A stretch of DNA of 64,000 bases from Cyanidioschyzon merolae (taxonomy: Eukaryota). Both the position numbers and the translations under genes were made by a program. The notes below the pieces were generated by a model. The model saw only the letters and a list, made by a program, of their open reading frames with translations. It had not been told where the DNA came from and did not search any database. Where the stretch lies: the NCBI GenBank assembly GCA_000091205.1, contig AP006497.2; one strand, given 5' to 3'. Position 1 is the first letter of the stretch, and the number at the start of each line of letters is the position of its first letter. This document shows, piece by piece, positions 63,648 to 64,000 of the stretch.

Positions 63648-64000
63648 GCAGTGCAACCTAGCTGAGCAAGGAGCTATACTCCCTCGACACGATCGGGTGT
63701 TCCAGTAGAAGCGTACCTTGAACACCAGGCACGACTCGGCGAGCGCTTCCGCCTAGCGCGCTGCTCAGAGAACGACACACGAGAGGCGTCGTCTGCGACT
63801 CGCTGATAGAGGCCACCCGCGGGACCTCCTTCAACTTTGTGGTTGAGTGCCTGCACAGTTATGATTGAATGGTGATAAACGTTATTTCAGTGCTAAAGTG
63901 TTAGTGTTCCGAGTGCACCCGCAACGAGCGCTGCGAACGTTTTACGAAAGCCAATACCTTGTATATCAACGAACGCTGCAGCTCCATCGACGAGGCGTGC

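Noticed and set aside
1-64000. The possibility that this is prokaryotic or organellar DNA, given the presence of TnpB and YbaB homologs.
   Set aside because: Gene content (TAF9, ANP32, HSF, SDA1, Pelota, a TKL kinase, RING-H2 and Hog proteins), signal and transit peptides and microsatellites are characteristic of a eukaryotic nuclear genome. No Shine-Dalgarno or operon organisation is evident.

Overview
This window reads as a eukaryotic nuclear segment: GC is about 58%, genes are densely packed, and most genes show as long uninterrupted ORFs, so introns appear rare. Splice structures cannot be resolved by eye. All CDS coordinates are ORF-based and the 5' ends are approximate.

About 20 protein genes are recognisable from conserved motifs:
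- a transmembrane RING-H2 E3 ligase, a Rit1-like tRNA ribosylphosphate transferase, an acylphosphatase and TAF9;
- AMMECR1, ANP32 with a huge acidic tail, a GT-C-like polytopic membrane protein and a large TKL-type protein kinase;
- Pelota/Dom34, an ABHD4/5-like alpha/beta hydrolase, a class-I SAM methyltransferase and a GPC1/DUF2838-like membrane protein;
- a YbaB/EbfC nucleoid protein, a divergent pair of secreted Hedgehog/Hint (Hog) proteins and a DnaJ-type zinc-finger protein with a Tat-like RR signal;
- an HSF, COQ4 and SDA1.

The plastid-type YbaB and the Tat-like zinc-finger protein suggest a plastid-bearing protist or alga. The lineage is not resolved.

The most unusual content is a dispersed family of decayed TnpB/Fanzor-like (OMEGA, RuvC-type RNA-guided nuclease) elements, with at least six copies or fragments in 64 kb:
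- a near-identical 1.6 kb direct-repeat pair 19.7 kb apart;
- truncated 'X + RuvC-III' copies, and a chimeric copy with an inverted RuvC-III piece abutting the repeat;
- a more complete, lower-GC ~1.95 kb copy whose RuvC-I and RuvC-III catalytic positions appear substituted.

Element 3' ends carrying a conserved non-coding motif sit immediately upstream of host genes, and one is fused in frame to the methyltransferase ORF. Other repeats are a ~650 bp dispersed repeat with an internal 75 bp tandem triplication, a 67 bp tandem duplication and several microsatellites.
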